64,000 nt of DNA from Candidatus Moraniibacteriota bacterium (GCA_016699795.1 CP065011.1:12838-76837), one strand, 5' to 3'; shown: positions 10,266 to 19,863, counted from the stretch's first letter. Translations and numbers: made by a program. The notes: generated from the sequence alone by a model not told the origin.

Positions 10266-11090
10266 TTATTCACTCACAGATGAATCCTTTTTCTCTTTTT
10301 TTGATACTTTCTTTCCTTCTTTCTTAATAACTTCTTTCTTAACTTCTTTCTTCTTTGATTCCTTTTTAGGTTCTTCGGTTTCTTTTTGAGAATTTTTTAA
10401 ACCATTTTCTCTCTTAGTACCAGAAATCATTTCTCCTAAAGATGCTCCTTCTTTCATTTCCTTTTTCTTTGCTTCAGATCCTTTGATCTTATTCTCTAAA
10501 AATTCCAATGTTTGAAACAATTGATTTACTTTCAAAATAAGAGCATCCATTTTTGTATTTAAAGCATCTATTTGAAAAGTAACCTTCTCAATTCCATCAT
10601 TATTATTCTTTCTCTCATTCGAAAAGGAAGGAGAAAAATCTCTTCGAGAAAAATTACCCTGTTCACGATCATCTCGTCCACTTGAATGTTCTCTTCTTGG
10701 ACGTTCATCTCGTCCATTTGAATATTCTCTTCTTGGGCGTTCATCTCTTCTTTCATGACCTCCAAAATTTTCTTGTTTTTCTCCAAAACACTCACTGCAA
10801 TATACAGGTTTTTCTCCCGTTGGACGAAAAGGAACCTGACAAGATTTTTGACATTTTGCGCAAGTAGCTCGAAACATTTCTCTTGGACTTTCGTCATGGT
10901 TTCGATCAAAGCTGGAGCGCTCTCCTCCTCCAAAACTTGGTCTTCTTGAGCCAAAACCAGATCTTTCTCCTCCTCCAAAGCTTGGTCTTCTCGCTCCAAA
11001 GCTAGGTCTTGATGAACCCCCTCTTTCAAATCCTCCACCTCCACCACCTCTTCTTCCTGAAAAACCTCCTGATCTCTTAAAATCACCCAT
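10266..11090 (-). CDS. RGG/low-complexity protein with CxxC-x17-CxxC zinc ribbon and K/E-rich tail
   Basis: N-term GGFSGRRGGGGGGFERGG and repeated RRPSFGGGERS units; zinc ribbon CAKC-(17 aa)-CSEC; repeated ERPRRE(Y/H)S(N/S)GRD units; coiled-coil then KKE-rich C-terminus. Confidence 0.6.
   Translation of the reverse strand: MGDFKRSGGFSGRRGGGGGGFERGGSSRPSFGARRPSFGGGERSGFGSRRPSFGGGERSSFDRNHDESPREMFRATCAKCQKSCQVPFRPTGEKPVYCSECFGEKQENFGGHERRDERPRREYSNGRDERPRREHSSGRDDREQGNFSRRDFSPSFSNERKNNNDGIEKVTFQIDALNTKMDALILKVNQLFQTLEFLENKIKGSEAKKKEMKEGASLGEMISGTKRENGLKNSQKETEEPKKESKKKEVKKEVIKKEGKKVSKKEKKDSSVSE
10667..10760. repeat. In-frame tandem repeat, 36-bp period, ~2.6 copies (encodes ERPRREYSNGRD-type units)
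   Basis: gatcatctcgtccacttgaatgttctcttcttggac (10667) / gttcatctcgtccatttgaatattctcttcttgggc (10703) / partial copy at 10739. Confidence 0.7.
10910..11012. repeat. In-frame tandem repeat, 45-bp period, ~2.3 copies (encodes RRPSFGGGERSxFxx units)
   Basis: ctcctcctccaaaacttggtcttcttgagccaaaa (10922) vs ctcctcctccaaagcttggtcttctcgctccaaag (10967). Confidence 0.65.
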
Positions 11091-11220
11091 AGAAATATAT
11101 TACGCTAGCTTTAAATTACGAACTCTTTTCTATTAATAACATAAAACAAAGAAAAAATCAAGTCGATAAAATATCTCCTCTATCTTAAGGGATAAATAAA
11201 TTAAAAAACAAAGAAATAAT

Positions 11221-11595
11221 CTACAAAACAATAGCGTCTGTTGGACATCGATCTTTCGCCTCCTTCACTAAAATACTCTCAGTATCTTTTTGTGATAATA
11301 CTTCAGCTTTATGAGAATTTCGATCAAAGAAGAAATTCCTTGGAGCAATTCGAACGCATTTTCCACAACCAATACATTTATTAGAAATAATGTGTAATTT
11401 ATTTTTATCAGACAAGTTTTCATTATCAATACTATTTTCTTTTTCTTCATCCAGAAGCACTATTTCTTTTTCAGTTTTTATTACATTTTCTTCCTTTTGA
11501 TTTTCCTTTAGAAAATATCTAGAAAAAACTAAACCCCCAGAAATTAAAACGATAAGAGAGAGCACTCCTTGAGAATACTTTTTTGAAAATTTCAT
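11221..11595 (-). CDS. Signal-anchored single-cluster [4Fe-4S]-type ferredoxin
   Basis: N-terminal hydrophobic segment (GVLSLIVLISGGLVF), acidic linker, then CIGCGKC...(34 aa)...CP ferredoxin motif (4 Cys only). Confidence 0.65.
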   Translation of the reverse strand: MKFSKKYSQGVLSLIVLISGGLVFSRYFLKENQKEENVIKTEKEIVLLDEEKENSIDNENLSDKNKLHIISNKCIGCGKCVRIAPRNFFFDRNSHKAEVLSQKDTESILVKEAKDRCPTDAIVL

Positions 11596-11740
11596 TTCTT
11601 TCTATTATTTGATTATTTCTTTTCCTTGCAAAGAATGATACGTAAAAACCACAGATAAACTTTCAAAAAAATATTTCTTCTTAAAATTGATTCCTTCAAA
11701 ATAAAAAACTACTTTCAACCACATTTAGAAGAAATAAATA

Positions 11741-13315
11741 TTACACATCATTTCCGGAATAAGAAAGATTAAAACTTTTATTAATCAAAGGAAAATCTGG
11801 AACAATATTATTAAGACCAGCATCTTTCAGGGCTGACCAGTTTACAAACGAAGGATCTCTCGGTGCAACCCGATTCAGTTGACCTTTAGCATCAGTAGTT
11901 ACAAAATAAATAATTTCTCCCCGCCAACCTTCTACAGCACTTACGGTTAAGAAATTCTTTTTGCACACAATTTTACCCTTAGCAACAGCATTAATTCGTC
12001 CTTCTGGTAATGAATTCAAGGCCTTTTGAATAATTTTTATTGCAACACGTACTTCTTCAATACGAACATGAAATCTCGCATATACATCTCCACTTGTACG
12101 AAGCACCATTTTCTTAGGAAAAAGTTCACTATAAGCCGCATAAGGATTATCAATTCGAACATCTTTTGCCAAACCAGCCGCCCTTCCAGCAACACCCATA
12201 GCACCACAATCTTTGGCATTTTGGGTCGAGAATATACCGGTATCCTTGAGTCGATTCAATACTGAGGCACTATTTTCAGCAATTTCAATTACTTCAGAAA
12301 AATCTTTACTTAAATTTTTCAAATCTTTAGACAATCTTTCTTTTTCTTTCTTATCAATATCTTTCGTTACTCCTCCAATAATATTAACATTCCGAAGAAA
12401 TCGACTTTTAGTAATTCTTTCGTTCATTCGCATAACAATTTCTCGTAATCGAGCTCCTTGTGCTCCTCCGAAATTAAAACCAACATCTGTCATAATAGCG
12501 CCGATATCGCCAAGATGATTGGCTAGCCTTTCCATTTCAGCATAAATAACTCGAAGATAAAGTCCACGTTTTGGAACATCTGTACTACTCAACGTTTCCA
12601 ATGCCTGACAAAATGCAAGACTATGACTGAAAGAACTATCGCCAGAAATTTTTTCCGATAGTTTCACACCTTCTTCAAAAGAAAGTTTTTCGAATAATTT
12701 TTCACTTCCTTTGTGCGTAAATCCGAGACGTGGTTCCAATGAAACAATACGCTCTCCAGCAACGCTAAAACGAAAATGGCCAGGCTCAATAATACCCGCA
12801 TGAATAGGTCCAACAGGAATTTCATAGATGCCCTCTCCTTTCACTTCATAAAAATCATACGTTCCTTTTGCCTCTGCTGGTTTCGTGTTCAATTCAAAAT
12901 CTTTTCTTAAAGGAAAAACATCTTCTGGCCAATTTTCATGCAATATCAATGGCCTAGAATCATAAATATCTACAGACTTAAGACCAAAAAATGTCTGTAT
13001 TTTTCTCTCGTAATTCAAAGCCTCATGAACAATAAGAGCAATTGAAGGGAATTCTGTTGTGTCTTTTAAACTAAGAAAAGGTATAATATAAGCATTTTCT
13101 TGAGGTAAGCCGAAAATATACCAAATTTTAAAACAACCATTTTCTTTTCTTTCATCAGTTGCTGTAATAAGTTTCAAAGAGAAATTTTTATTGTGATACA
13201 AATCCTGAACAAAATCTTTTATCTCTGTAACGGAAATTTCAAAAACTCCGATAGTATCAAAAATTTCAAGTTTTGCCTTCTTAGGAATAATTTCTTGTAT
13301 TTTTTCTTTAATCAT
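11741..13315 (-). CDS. Fused NuoC/NuoD-like (HycE/HyfG-type large subunit-like) protein lacking NiFe-site cysteines
   Basis: N-terminal 30-kDa (NuoC)-like segment, then PVGPIHAGIIEPGHFRF (NuoD/EchE signature); position of RxCGxCxxxH reads KISGDSSFSHS and position of DPCxxC reads DPSFVN, so all four Ni-Fe cysteine ligands are replaced. Confidence 0.75.
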   Translation of the reverse strand: MIKEKIQEIIPKKAKLEIFDTIGVFEISVTEIKDFVQDLYHNKNFSLKLITATDERKENGCFKIWYIFGLPQENAYIIPFLSLKDTTEFPSIALIVHEALNYERKIQTFFGLKSVDIYDSRPLILHENWPEDVFPLRKDFELNTKPAEAKGTYDFYEVKGEGIYEIPVGPIHAGIIEPGHFRFSVAGERIVSLEPRLGFTHKGSEKLFEKLSFEEGVKLSEKISGDSSFSHSLAFCQALETLSSTDVPKRGLYLRVIYAEMERLANHLGDIGAIMTDVGFNFGGAQGARLREIVMRMNERITKSRFLRNVNIIGGVTKDIDKKEKERLSKDLKNLSKDFSEVIEIAENSASVLNRLKDTGIFSTQNAKDCGAMGVAGRAAGLAKDVRIDNPYAAYSELFPKKMVLRTSGDVYARFHVRIEEVRVAIKIIQKALNSLPEGRINAVAKGKIVCKKNFLTVSAVEGWRGEIIYFVTTDAKGQLNRVAPRDPSFVNWSALKDAGLNNIVPDFPLINKSFNLSYSGNDV

Positions 13316-14760
13316 ATCAGTAACATTTTAACAGCATCGTTAATTAACGTTGATAAAAATAATGGCATATAAAAACTCAAAAGAATAAAAATGCCCATAA
13401 GAATACAAGGAGGAATGATTAACCAAATACTTTCATTCTTTCTTTCAGCCCCCACTAGCTTTTTACCAAAAACCATAACGCTCACATGCTTGAAAAATCC
13501 AATAAACAAAATAGCCATAAGAAGTAAGGCGAAAATACTTACGAAAGGATGTGTTTCTATGCCTTGGGAAAGAATGATCATTTTACTGAAAAATACACCT
13601 AGTGGCGGAGCACCTGTAATAGCAAAAAAGCCTAGTAAAAAAACAACGCTCGTAACAGGTAGTGTACTCAAAATTCCCCTAATATTAGGAATTTTTGTGG
13701 AACCATAGGTAAGAAATATTGTTCCGGCAGAAAGAAACAATGTTGATTTGAGCAAAGAATGGTAAATCATATGAAAAATAGCACCGAGAGCACCTATGCC
13801 CCCGAGTCCAAAACCGAGAGCCATAATACCCATATTTTCAATACTTGAATAAGCAAGTAGTCGTTTGTAGTTTTTTTGGGTCAAAATAACTAACGTAGCA
13901 ATAAGAATTGAAAGTAAACCGAAAATAATTAATAAATTTTGAGTAAAATTTTCATTGACAGCTATATCAGTAATAACTTTAAATCGCAAAACAATAACCA
14001 ATGCCACATTCAACAAAACACCTGAAAGTAAAGCGCTGATTGGCGCAGGAGCCTTGCTGTGTGCATCTGGCAACCACGTATGCATTGGCGCTAAACCAAC
14101 CTTCGTTCCATAGCCAATTAATACAAATATAAAAGCAATTTTTGCAATCAAAGGATCAAGTTGTGTTGCATTTTCCGTAAGAGATTCCCAACTTATAAAT
14201 CCATTTTCATTTGCCGAATGTGTGGAAGTAAAATATAAAAGAGTTCCCAAGAAACCAAGAAGTAGTCCGACAGAATTAATAATCAGATATTTCCAAGCCG
14301 CCTCGATAGCAGATGGTTTATTATAAAAACTAATAAGAAATGCCGTAGAAAGTGTCGTGGCTTCAATAGAAATCCAAGCAAATATAGGGTTATTAGCAGA
14401 AATTGCCAATACCATAGCTATCAAAAAAAGATTTAATAAAACAAAATATTGCCTTACTCGAGTGAATCCAACTGCTTTTTTTTCGGTTTCTTTTCGTAGA
14501 TAGGGAATAGAATATATAACTACAACAAATCCTACACAAGAAATTAAAAGTAATAAAATAGCACCCAAAGCGTCTACAGAAAAAATTGAAAACGAAGAAT
14601 ATTTTCCAGAAAGACTCACCTTTAAGGCAATATTTATTGACTCTACAAAAACAATAAAAGAAGAAATAACCGAAGTTAACTCAATGATGATTCGGTTCTT
14701 TGTTAAAAGCCCTACACCCGCACTGATACATAAGAAAATGAAAATAAATAATAATTCCAT
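13312..14760 (-). CDS. NuoN/NuoM/HyfD-F/MrpD-like antiporter-type membrane subunit
   Basis: 482 aa, ~14 TM helices, conserved proton-pump-family segments (GYGTKVGLAPMHTWLPDAHSKAPAPISALLSGVL); 4-nt overlap with downstream gene. Confidence 0.7.
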   Translation of the reverse strand: MELLFIFIFLCISAGVGLLTKNRIIIELTSVISSFIVFVESINIALKVSLSGKYSSFSIFSVDALGAILLLLISCVGFVVVIYSIPYLRKETEKKAVGFTRVRQYFVLLNLFLIAMVLAISANNPIFAWISIEATTLSTAFLISFYNKPSAIEAAWKYLIINSVGLLLGFLGTLLYFTSTHSANENGFISWESLTENATQLDPLIAKIAFIFVLIGYGTKVGLAPMHTWLPDAHSKAPAPISALLSGVLLNVALVIVLRFKVITDIAVNENFTQNLLIIFGLLSILIATLVILTQKNYKRLLAYSSIENMGIMALGFGLGGIGALGAIFHMIYHSLLKSTLFLSAGTIFLTYGSTKIPNIRGILSTLPVTSVVFLLGFFAITGAPPLGVFFSKMIILSQGIETHPFVSIFALLLMAILFIGFFKHVSVMVFGKKLVGAERKNESIWLIIPPCILMGIFILLSFYMPLFLSTLINDAVKMLLI

Positions 14761-14764
14761 ATTG

Positions 14765-15418
14765 TTAATCTTTTAAACTCTTCATAGAAGTTATATCAAG
14801 TGAACCAAAATGCTTATGTATCATAGAAACAAAAACCGTAGTAATAACAAGCCAAATAAAAATATCAAATATAATACCCAATTGAAACATTAATGATTGC
14901 TCCAGATTAGCAAAAATCGCAAAGGCAACAATGCTATTTTCAAAAGAAAGAATACCAATAATTTGCGAGAGAACACCTTTTCGATTAATAATCAAAAAAA
15001 GTGAAACGAAAATTGAAGAAAGTGCCAAAGCTAATAATGTCTGATTTGCAGGAAGAATTTCAGTCAGAGGAGAAAACTTTTGAGAATGAGCGATGAAAGT
15101 TAATATAGCGATAACCATCAAAGTTAAAGGGGTATTTAAATACGTACTTGCAGAAAAAGTCAGTTCGTATTTTTGAATTAATTTTATAAAAAATAATGAA
15201 GCAACAATAACCTTAACAATCAGCACAAGTAAAGCAATAAAAAGCAAAGAAATATCACCTGTTTCAAAAAAATAACCCAAAAAAAGTATCGTTGTAATTA
15301 TCAAAGATTGAAGACCATATGCCAAAGAAGCTCCTAAATTCTTTTTTGCAATATGTAAAAACACAATAGTGCCGAAGAAAAATATCCCCAAGGAAAGTTG
15401 TAAAGTCAAAATACTCAT
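14765..15418 (-). CDS. HyfE-like small polytopic membrane subunit
   Basis: 217 aa hydrophobic protein, size and position as hydrogenase-4 component E in hyf/mbh-type operons; 4-nt overlap with upstream gene. Confidence 0.45.
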   Translation of the reverse strand: MSILTLQLSLGIFFFGTIVFLHIAKKNLGASLAYGLQSLIITTILFLGYFFETGDISLLFIALLVLIVKVIVASLFFIKLIQKYELTFSASTYLNTPLTLMVIAILTFIAHSQKFSPLTEILPANQTLLALALSSIFVSLFLIINRKGVLSQIIGILSFENSIVAFAIFANLEQSLMFQLGIIFDIFIWLVITTVFVSMIHKHFGSLDITSMKSLKD

Positions 15419-16347
15419 AATCGATAAATGAGGCCAAGTGCCACGACATTAAGAATAAAAGAGGTTAGCAAAAGATCAGGTAATCGAAAAAATCGAAACT
15501 TCGCCATACTTGATTCGATAAGAGCTATAAAGAAGCAGAAAATTCCTATTTTTATCATAAAAACAATAATTCCTATGGCGATAGCCGATATTTCCGCACT
15601 TTGCGCTAAGCCAACGGGGAAGAACAAATTCGCCCCTAATGCAAAAAAAATCAAAAGTTTATTAGAAGAAGCCCATTCCATAAGAGCGAGTCTCTTTCCT
15701 GAATATTCCAAAATCATAGCCTCATGGACCATTGTTAGCTCTAAGTGTGTAGCTGGATTATCAAATGGAAATCGTGATGTTTCAGCAAGAAGAATAATAA
15801 AAAATCCACTAAAAACAAAAAAGACGGAAAGAAAATCTTTTCCTTGCGCAAATATATCAGAACTAGAAATGGCAAATACATCCGTTGTGCCACTTATGAT
15901 AGCTATTACCAAAAGAGAAAAAACAAAACCTCCTTCTGCTAATGCAGAAAGAGTCATTTCTCGGCTAGAACCAAATCCTCCGAAAGCGCTTCCCGTATCC
16001 ATACCAGAAAGTGCCAAAAAAAATGTTCCGATAGCCAAAGTATAAATAATAATAAGAATATCCCCAGTCAATTTATTTTCAAAAAATGATCCAAATAAAG
16101 GAATACTCATACCCACAACAAGAGTTGCTGTGAATATAATAAATGGAGCATAACAAAAAATCCAAGAAGCATCTGTGCTTATAACTTCATCTTTATGAAG
16201 AAGTTTCCATAGATCTCTGTAAGGCTGAAAAATACTTGCACCCCTTCTGTTTTGAAGTATTGCCTTTATCTTTCTTATAATGCCCACACATAAAGGCGAT
16301 ACGAGAGGTACAAAAAGAATTTGAATAATCCAAATAAAGATAGTCAT
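15415..16347 (-). CDS. NuoH/HyfC/HycD-like membrane subunit
   Basis: 310 aa polytopic protein with NuoH-family loop SRFPFDNPATHLELTMVHEAMILEYSG (cf. R-PFD-E-ESEL). Confidence 0.65.
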   Translation of the reverse strand: MTIFIWIIQILFVPLVSPLCVGIIRKIKAILQNRRGASIFQPYRDLWKLLHKDEVISTDASWIFCYAPFIIFTATLVVGMSIPLFGSFFENKLTGDILIIIYTLAIGTFFLALSGMDTGSAFGGFGSSREMTLSALAEGGFVFSLLVIAIISGTTDVFAISSSDIFAQGKDFLSVFFVFSGFFIILLAETSRFPFDNPATHLELTMVHEAMILEYSGKRLALMEWASSNKLLIFFALGANLFFPVGLAQSAEISAIAIGIIVFMIKIGIFCFFIALIESSMAKFRFFRLPDLLLTSFILNVVALGLIYRL

Positions 16348-16349
16348 AA

Positions 16350-18401
16350 TTAGAGTATTATAAATAAAGCTACTATTAAGGCAATAAGTATATAGAGAAT
16401 GTAGACGCTAATATTTCCACTCTGAATATTTTTTGCTCGCAATGAAATCTTCATGAGCAAATCACGCAATGGTTGATAAAAATAAGATTGATTAATATCT
16501 CGAACGCCCAAAGTGACAGCTTTTGATTTTGGTAAATATCTTGTTTCAGAATCATGATATTCAATTTCATGTTGAATGGTTGGTTTCAATATACCCTTGA
16601 AGATAAGAATGATAGATTGAGCGAAACCCGTAGCTGTTATTTCCATGCGTGGCTTTAAATCAGTTCCGCAATCCCAAGTAAGACCCGTCTCTGTTTTTTG
16701 TTCTTTATATATGAGATATCGAACGACACCCACAACAAAAAGAATAGTGATGCCAAAAATTAGAAAAAATACAAGTCCTGAAACGGAAGCAAAGCCATTT
16801 CCCACAAGTATTGTTTGATTTTCTGACAAAGAAACAGCAGAAGATGTTGTTTTGAAAATATCAAGACTTTTTCCTATTTTTTCAAGAAAAAACGTTATCT
16901 TTCCAGAAAATATTCCAAATAAAAGAGATAATACTGCCAATGAACCCATTCCAAAAAGAAGGAAAAATGAAGATTCCTTCGTATGAAAAATTTCTTCACT
17001 TCTTGGTCTAGCTAAAAATGTCACTCCAAAGGCCTTTACAAAACAAGCAAGTGCCAATCCCCCAGTAAATGCAAGTGATCCCACCGCAATCATAAAAATC
17101 CATTTTGCGGAAGAACTTAACATCATAATCCCCTGAAATAATGATTGAAATGTTAACCATTCACTAAAAAATCCATTAAATGGAGGTAGCGCGGATATAG
17201 CCATCGATCCGATCAAAAAGAAAAATGCTGTTTGGGGCATATATTTTATTAAACCACCATATTCTTCCATGTTTCTTGTGTGCGTCTGGCTAATAACCGA
17301 TCCCGCGCTCAAAAAAAGTAAAGATTTGAAAATAGCATGATTTGCGATATGAAAAAGAGTTGCTGTTAAGCCAAGAAGAGCGAGTGAAGGAAAATGTAAT
17401 GAAGAGAAAACAAGAGCACTCCCAAGACCAAGAAGAATAATCCCAATGTTTTCAATACTGTGATACGCCAAAAGTCTTTTTATATCATGTTCAGCAAGTG
17501 CATACAAAACACCAAGAAGAGAAGATACAGCTCCAATAATAAGAATGGCAAGTCCCCACCATACTGGAACAGGTTGAAGAATGTCCAAAAATAATCGAAT
17601 CATCATAAAAATACCTGTTTTGATCATCACGCCCGACATCAAAGCAGAGATATGAGAAGGTGCTGCAGGGTGAGCAGCTGGAAGCCAAATGTGAAATGGA
17701 ACAATACCAGCCTTCGTACCAAATCCAATTATGGCACAAAGAAAAATAATATCTTTCACAAAAAGCGGGACAGCTACAGAACCCAATTTCATGGCTTCAA
17801 AATCAAATGATCCCGTAAATTTATACAACAACAAAAAAGAAATCAAAATAAAAGCTGTTCCAATATGAGTCATAACCAAATACAAAAAACCAGCTTTTAC
17901 ATTATTTTCATCTTTATGGTCATACACAACAAGAAAATAGGAAGCGATCGACATAATTTCCCAAGCAATAAGGAAAAAAATAGCATTCGAAGCAGTTACT
18001 ACAAAAATCATTCCCAAAATAAATAGATGAGAAAAAAATCCCAAAGCTCCGATGCTATATTTTTTATAGAAATGTTTTATATACCCAATACCATAAAAAG
18101 AACAAAAAAGCGTAATCAAAGAAATGATAAAAATAAAGAATGCGGAAAGCATGTCAATACGAAAGGACAATGAAAAGAAAGAAAGTGGTGCTGTCCACAA
18201 AATAAAAGACAAGGAATTTCCAGAAGAAATCATAAAACCAGAAAAAACCAATCCCCAAAGAGATCCTCCTATAGCAAAAAAACTATTCCAAATATTCGCC
18301 AAAACATCATCTTTTTTTACAAGTAAAGAACCCAATGCTCCAACAAAGAAAAGAAGTATCAAAAAAGAAAAACTGATCGGGGATGTAATAATTTCCACCA
18401 T
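16350..18401 (-). CDS. NuoL/HyfB/MrpA-like antiporter-type membrane subunit
   Basis: 683 aa, ~16+ TM helices, proton-pump-family segments (FGTKAGIVPFHIWLPAAHPAAPSHISALMSGVMIKTG). Confidence 0.75.
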   Translation of the reverse strand: MVEIITSPISFSFLILLFFVGALGSLLVKKDDVLANIWNSFFAIGGSLWGLVFSGFMISSGNSLSFILWTAPLSFFSLSFRIDMLSAFFIFIISLITLFCSFYGIGYIKHFYKKYSIGALGFFSHLFILGMIFVVTASNAIFFLIAWEIMSIASYFLVVYDHKDENNVKAGFLYLVMTHIGTAFILISFLLLYKFTGSFDFEAMKLGSVAVPLFVKDIIFLCAIIGFGTKAGIVPFHIWLPAAHPAAPSHISALMSGVMIKTGIFMMIRLFLDILQPVPVWWGLAILIIGAVSSLLGVLYALAEHDIKRLLAYHSIENIGIILLGLGSALVFSSLHFPSLALLGLTATLFHIANHAIFKSLLFLSAGSVISQTHTRNMEEYGGLIKYMPQTAFFFLIGSMAISALPPFNGFFSEWLTFQSLFQGIMMLSSSAKWIFMIAVGSLAFTGGLALACFVKAFGVTFLARPRSEEIFHTKESSFFLLFGMGSLAVLSLLFGIFSGKITFFLEKIGKSLDIFKTTSSAVSLSENQTILVGNGFASVSGLVFFLIFGITILFVVGVVRYLIYKEQKTETGLTWDCGTDLKPRMEITATGFAQSIILIFKGILKPTIQHEIEYHDSETRYLPKSKAVTLGVRDINQSYFYQPLRDLLMKISLRAKNIQSGNISVYILYILIALIVALFIIL

Positions 18402-18402
18402 A

Positions 18403-18945
18403 TTATTTTAATTTAGGAGATGTTTGATCTAAATCTTCAAGAATTTTAAGAAGAGAAAAAAGGATTACTTTGGGAGTTGGAGGATCACCAGGAATTTGAT
18501 AATCCACAGGAATAACAGAATTCACTCCCCCAGAAACAGCGTATGATTCTTTAAAAATTCCCCCATCAATAGCATCATCCCCTACTGCTACAACAATTTT
18601 TGGATTAGGCGTTGCTTTGTAAGCTCGACGTAACGATTCAGCCATATTGCGTGTCACTGGGCCAGTAACAAGTAGCATATCCGCATGTCTTGGAGAAGCC
18701 ACGAAGTGAATTCCGAAACGCTCAAGATCATAAAAGGCATTTGAAAGTGCGACGAGTTCCTGTTCACAAGCATTATCTGAACCAGCATCTACTTGACGAA
18801 TAGCCAAAGAACCTCGAAACAATCGATTTACTTCGTTTTTTATCTTCTTCCCCACCCGTATAACTTCAGTTTCATCAAAATCTTTTCCTTCTGGAGAAAC
18901 TACATTCTTCTGAGTTTTTACTATTTTTAGAAAAAGTTTAAACAT
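18403..18945 (-). CDS. NuoB-like (hydrogenase small-subunit-like) protein lacking all Fe-S cluster cysteine ligands
   Basis: Aligns along its length with NuoB/Nqo6 (ERFGIHFVASPRHADMLLVTGPVTRNM..., NSVIPVDYQIPG), but CCxxE reads DNACE, GxCxxSGG reads VGDDAIDGG and PGCPP reads PGDPP. Confidence 0.75.
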   Translation of the reverse strand: MFKLFLKIVKTQKNVVSPEGKDFDETEVIRVGKKIKNEVNRLFRGSLAIRQVDAGSDNACEQELVALSNAFYDLERFGIHFVASPRHADMLLVTGPVTRNMAESLRRAYKATPNPKIVVAVGDDAIDGGIFKESYAVSGGVNSVIPVDYQIPGDPPTPKVILFSLLKILEDLDQTSPKLK

Positions 18946-19362
18946 AGCCTTATTTTATTAAACAATAAAACCAAACGTCAAAAGAACGTCTGCTCTTTTC
19001 TTAACCATTTTCAAAAGTTAAAAATGTCGGACTGTTTTTGATTCAGTCTCTGTTTTTACAATCATAAAAGAAAATCAAATGTATGATTTCTTAAAAATAT
19101 ACACCTCTTCTAGAGTATCTGCAATTTTTACAATACAAAAAATTGCATGAACTTTCTTTTGCTCTATTTCAAGAAATCTGCTTTATAGACAATCTTCTAT
19201 TACTATAAAATAACTATTTACACTCTTTGAAAACAGTATAGAGAGTTTCTAAAATTTAATCAAACAATATCAAAAAATATTAACTGCAAAGCAAAAAATT
19301 GAGAAATATCATTATCTACTTTTTCTTAACTTTTTTATTTTTAGAAAAAAATGAAGTTTTGT

Positions 19363-19863
19363 TTAATCCAATTCTTTCGTTGGCGGAATTGATGTTGCTA
19401 CTGAGTCTGACCTTGGTAAATCTGTATCTTCTCTTGGCGGAATCGTTGTTGATGACGTGTTTGATGAAGTAGTTATGACCGAAGAAGATGACTCCTTATA
19501 GGTTCGCTTTACAGCAAAATAATAAACAAGAGCCCCGATAAATCCTGTAAAAACAACAAGAATCATCCACATTGCTTTATCTTGAATATTATGTTTAGCG
19601 ATATGAACAATCATCAGTATCCAAAATATAAGAGAAAAAATTCCAAAAGCACCAAATATAAGAAGAAAAAATCCTATTCCCAAACCTAAACCAAGAACCC
19701 CTTTAACCTGATTCTTCAACGCTTCACAAGGAACCTCACTACCATTTACCGTACATTGAGATGCGGCAAGAGAAATGTTATTGGTTACCAAAAACAATGC
19801 AAGGATTAAAAAAGAAAAAATAGCAACATTCTTTTTCATTTTCAACATATATTTTAAATCCAT
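19363..19863 (-). CDS. Hypothetical membrane protein with signal peptide and PLDc_N-like small membrane module, Ser/Thr-rich tail
   Basis: Signal peptide (ILALFLVTNNISLAAS), two Cys, then membrane segment MWMILVVFTGFIGALVYYFAVKR, C-terminal S/T/P-rich region. Confidence 0.4.
   Translation of the reverse strand: MDLKYMLKMKKNVAIFSFLILALFLVTNNISLAASQCTVNGSEVPCEALKNQVKGVLGLGLGIGFFLLIFGAFGIFSLIFWILMIVHIAKHNIQDKAMWMILVVFTGFIGALVYYFAVKRTYKESSSSVITTSSNTSSTTIPPREDTDLPRSDSVATSIPPTKELD

Noticed and set aside
10667-11012. Tandem repeats considered as a possible CRISPR or minisatellite array
   Set aside because: Repeats are in-frame inside a long ORF with no spacers; they encode RGG/ERPRRE peptide repeats, not a CRISPR array. 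No CRISPR-like repeat-spacer structure found anywhere in the window
15428-16045. 205-aa plus-strand ORF antisense to the NuoH-like gene
   Set aside because: Antisense shadow ORF inside a well-supported membrane-protein gene; K/R-rich composition typical of a reverse-strand reading of hydrophobic codons
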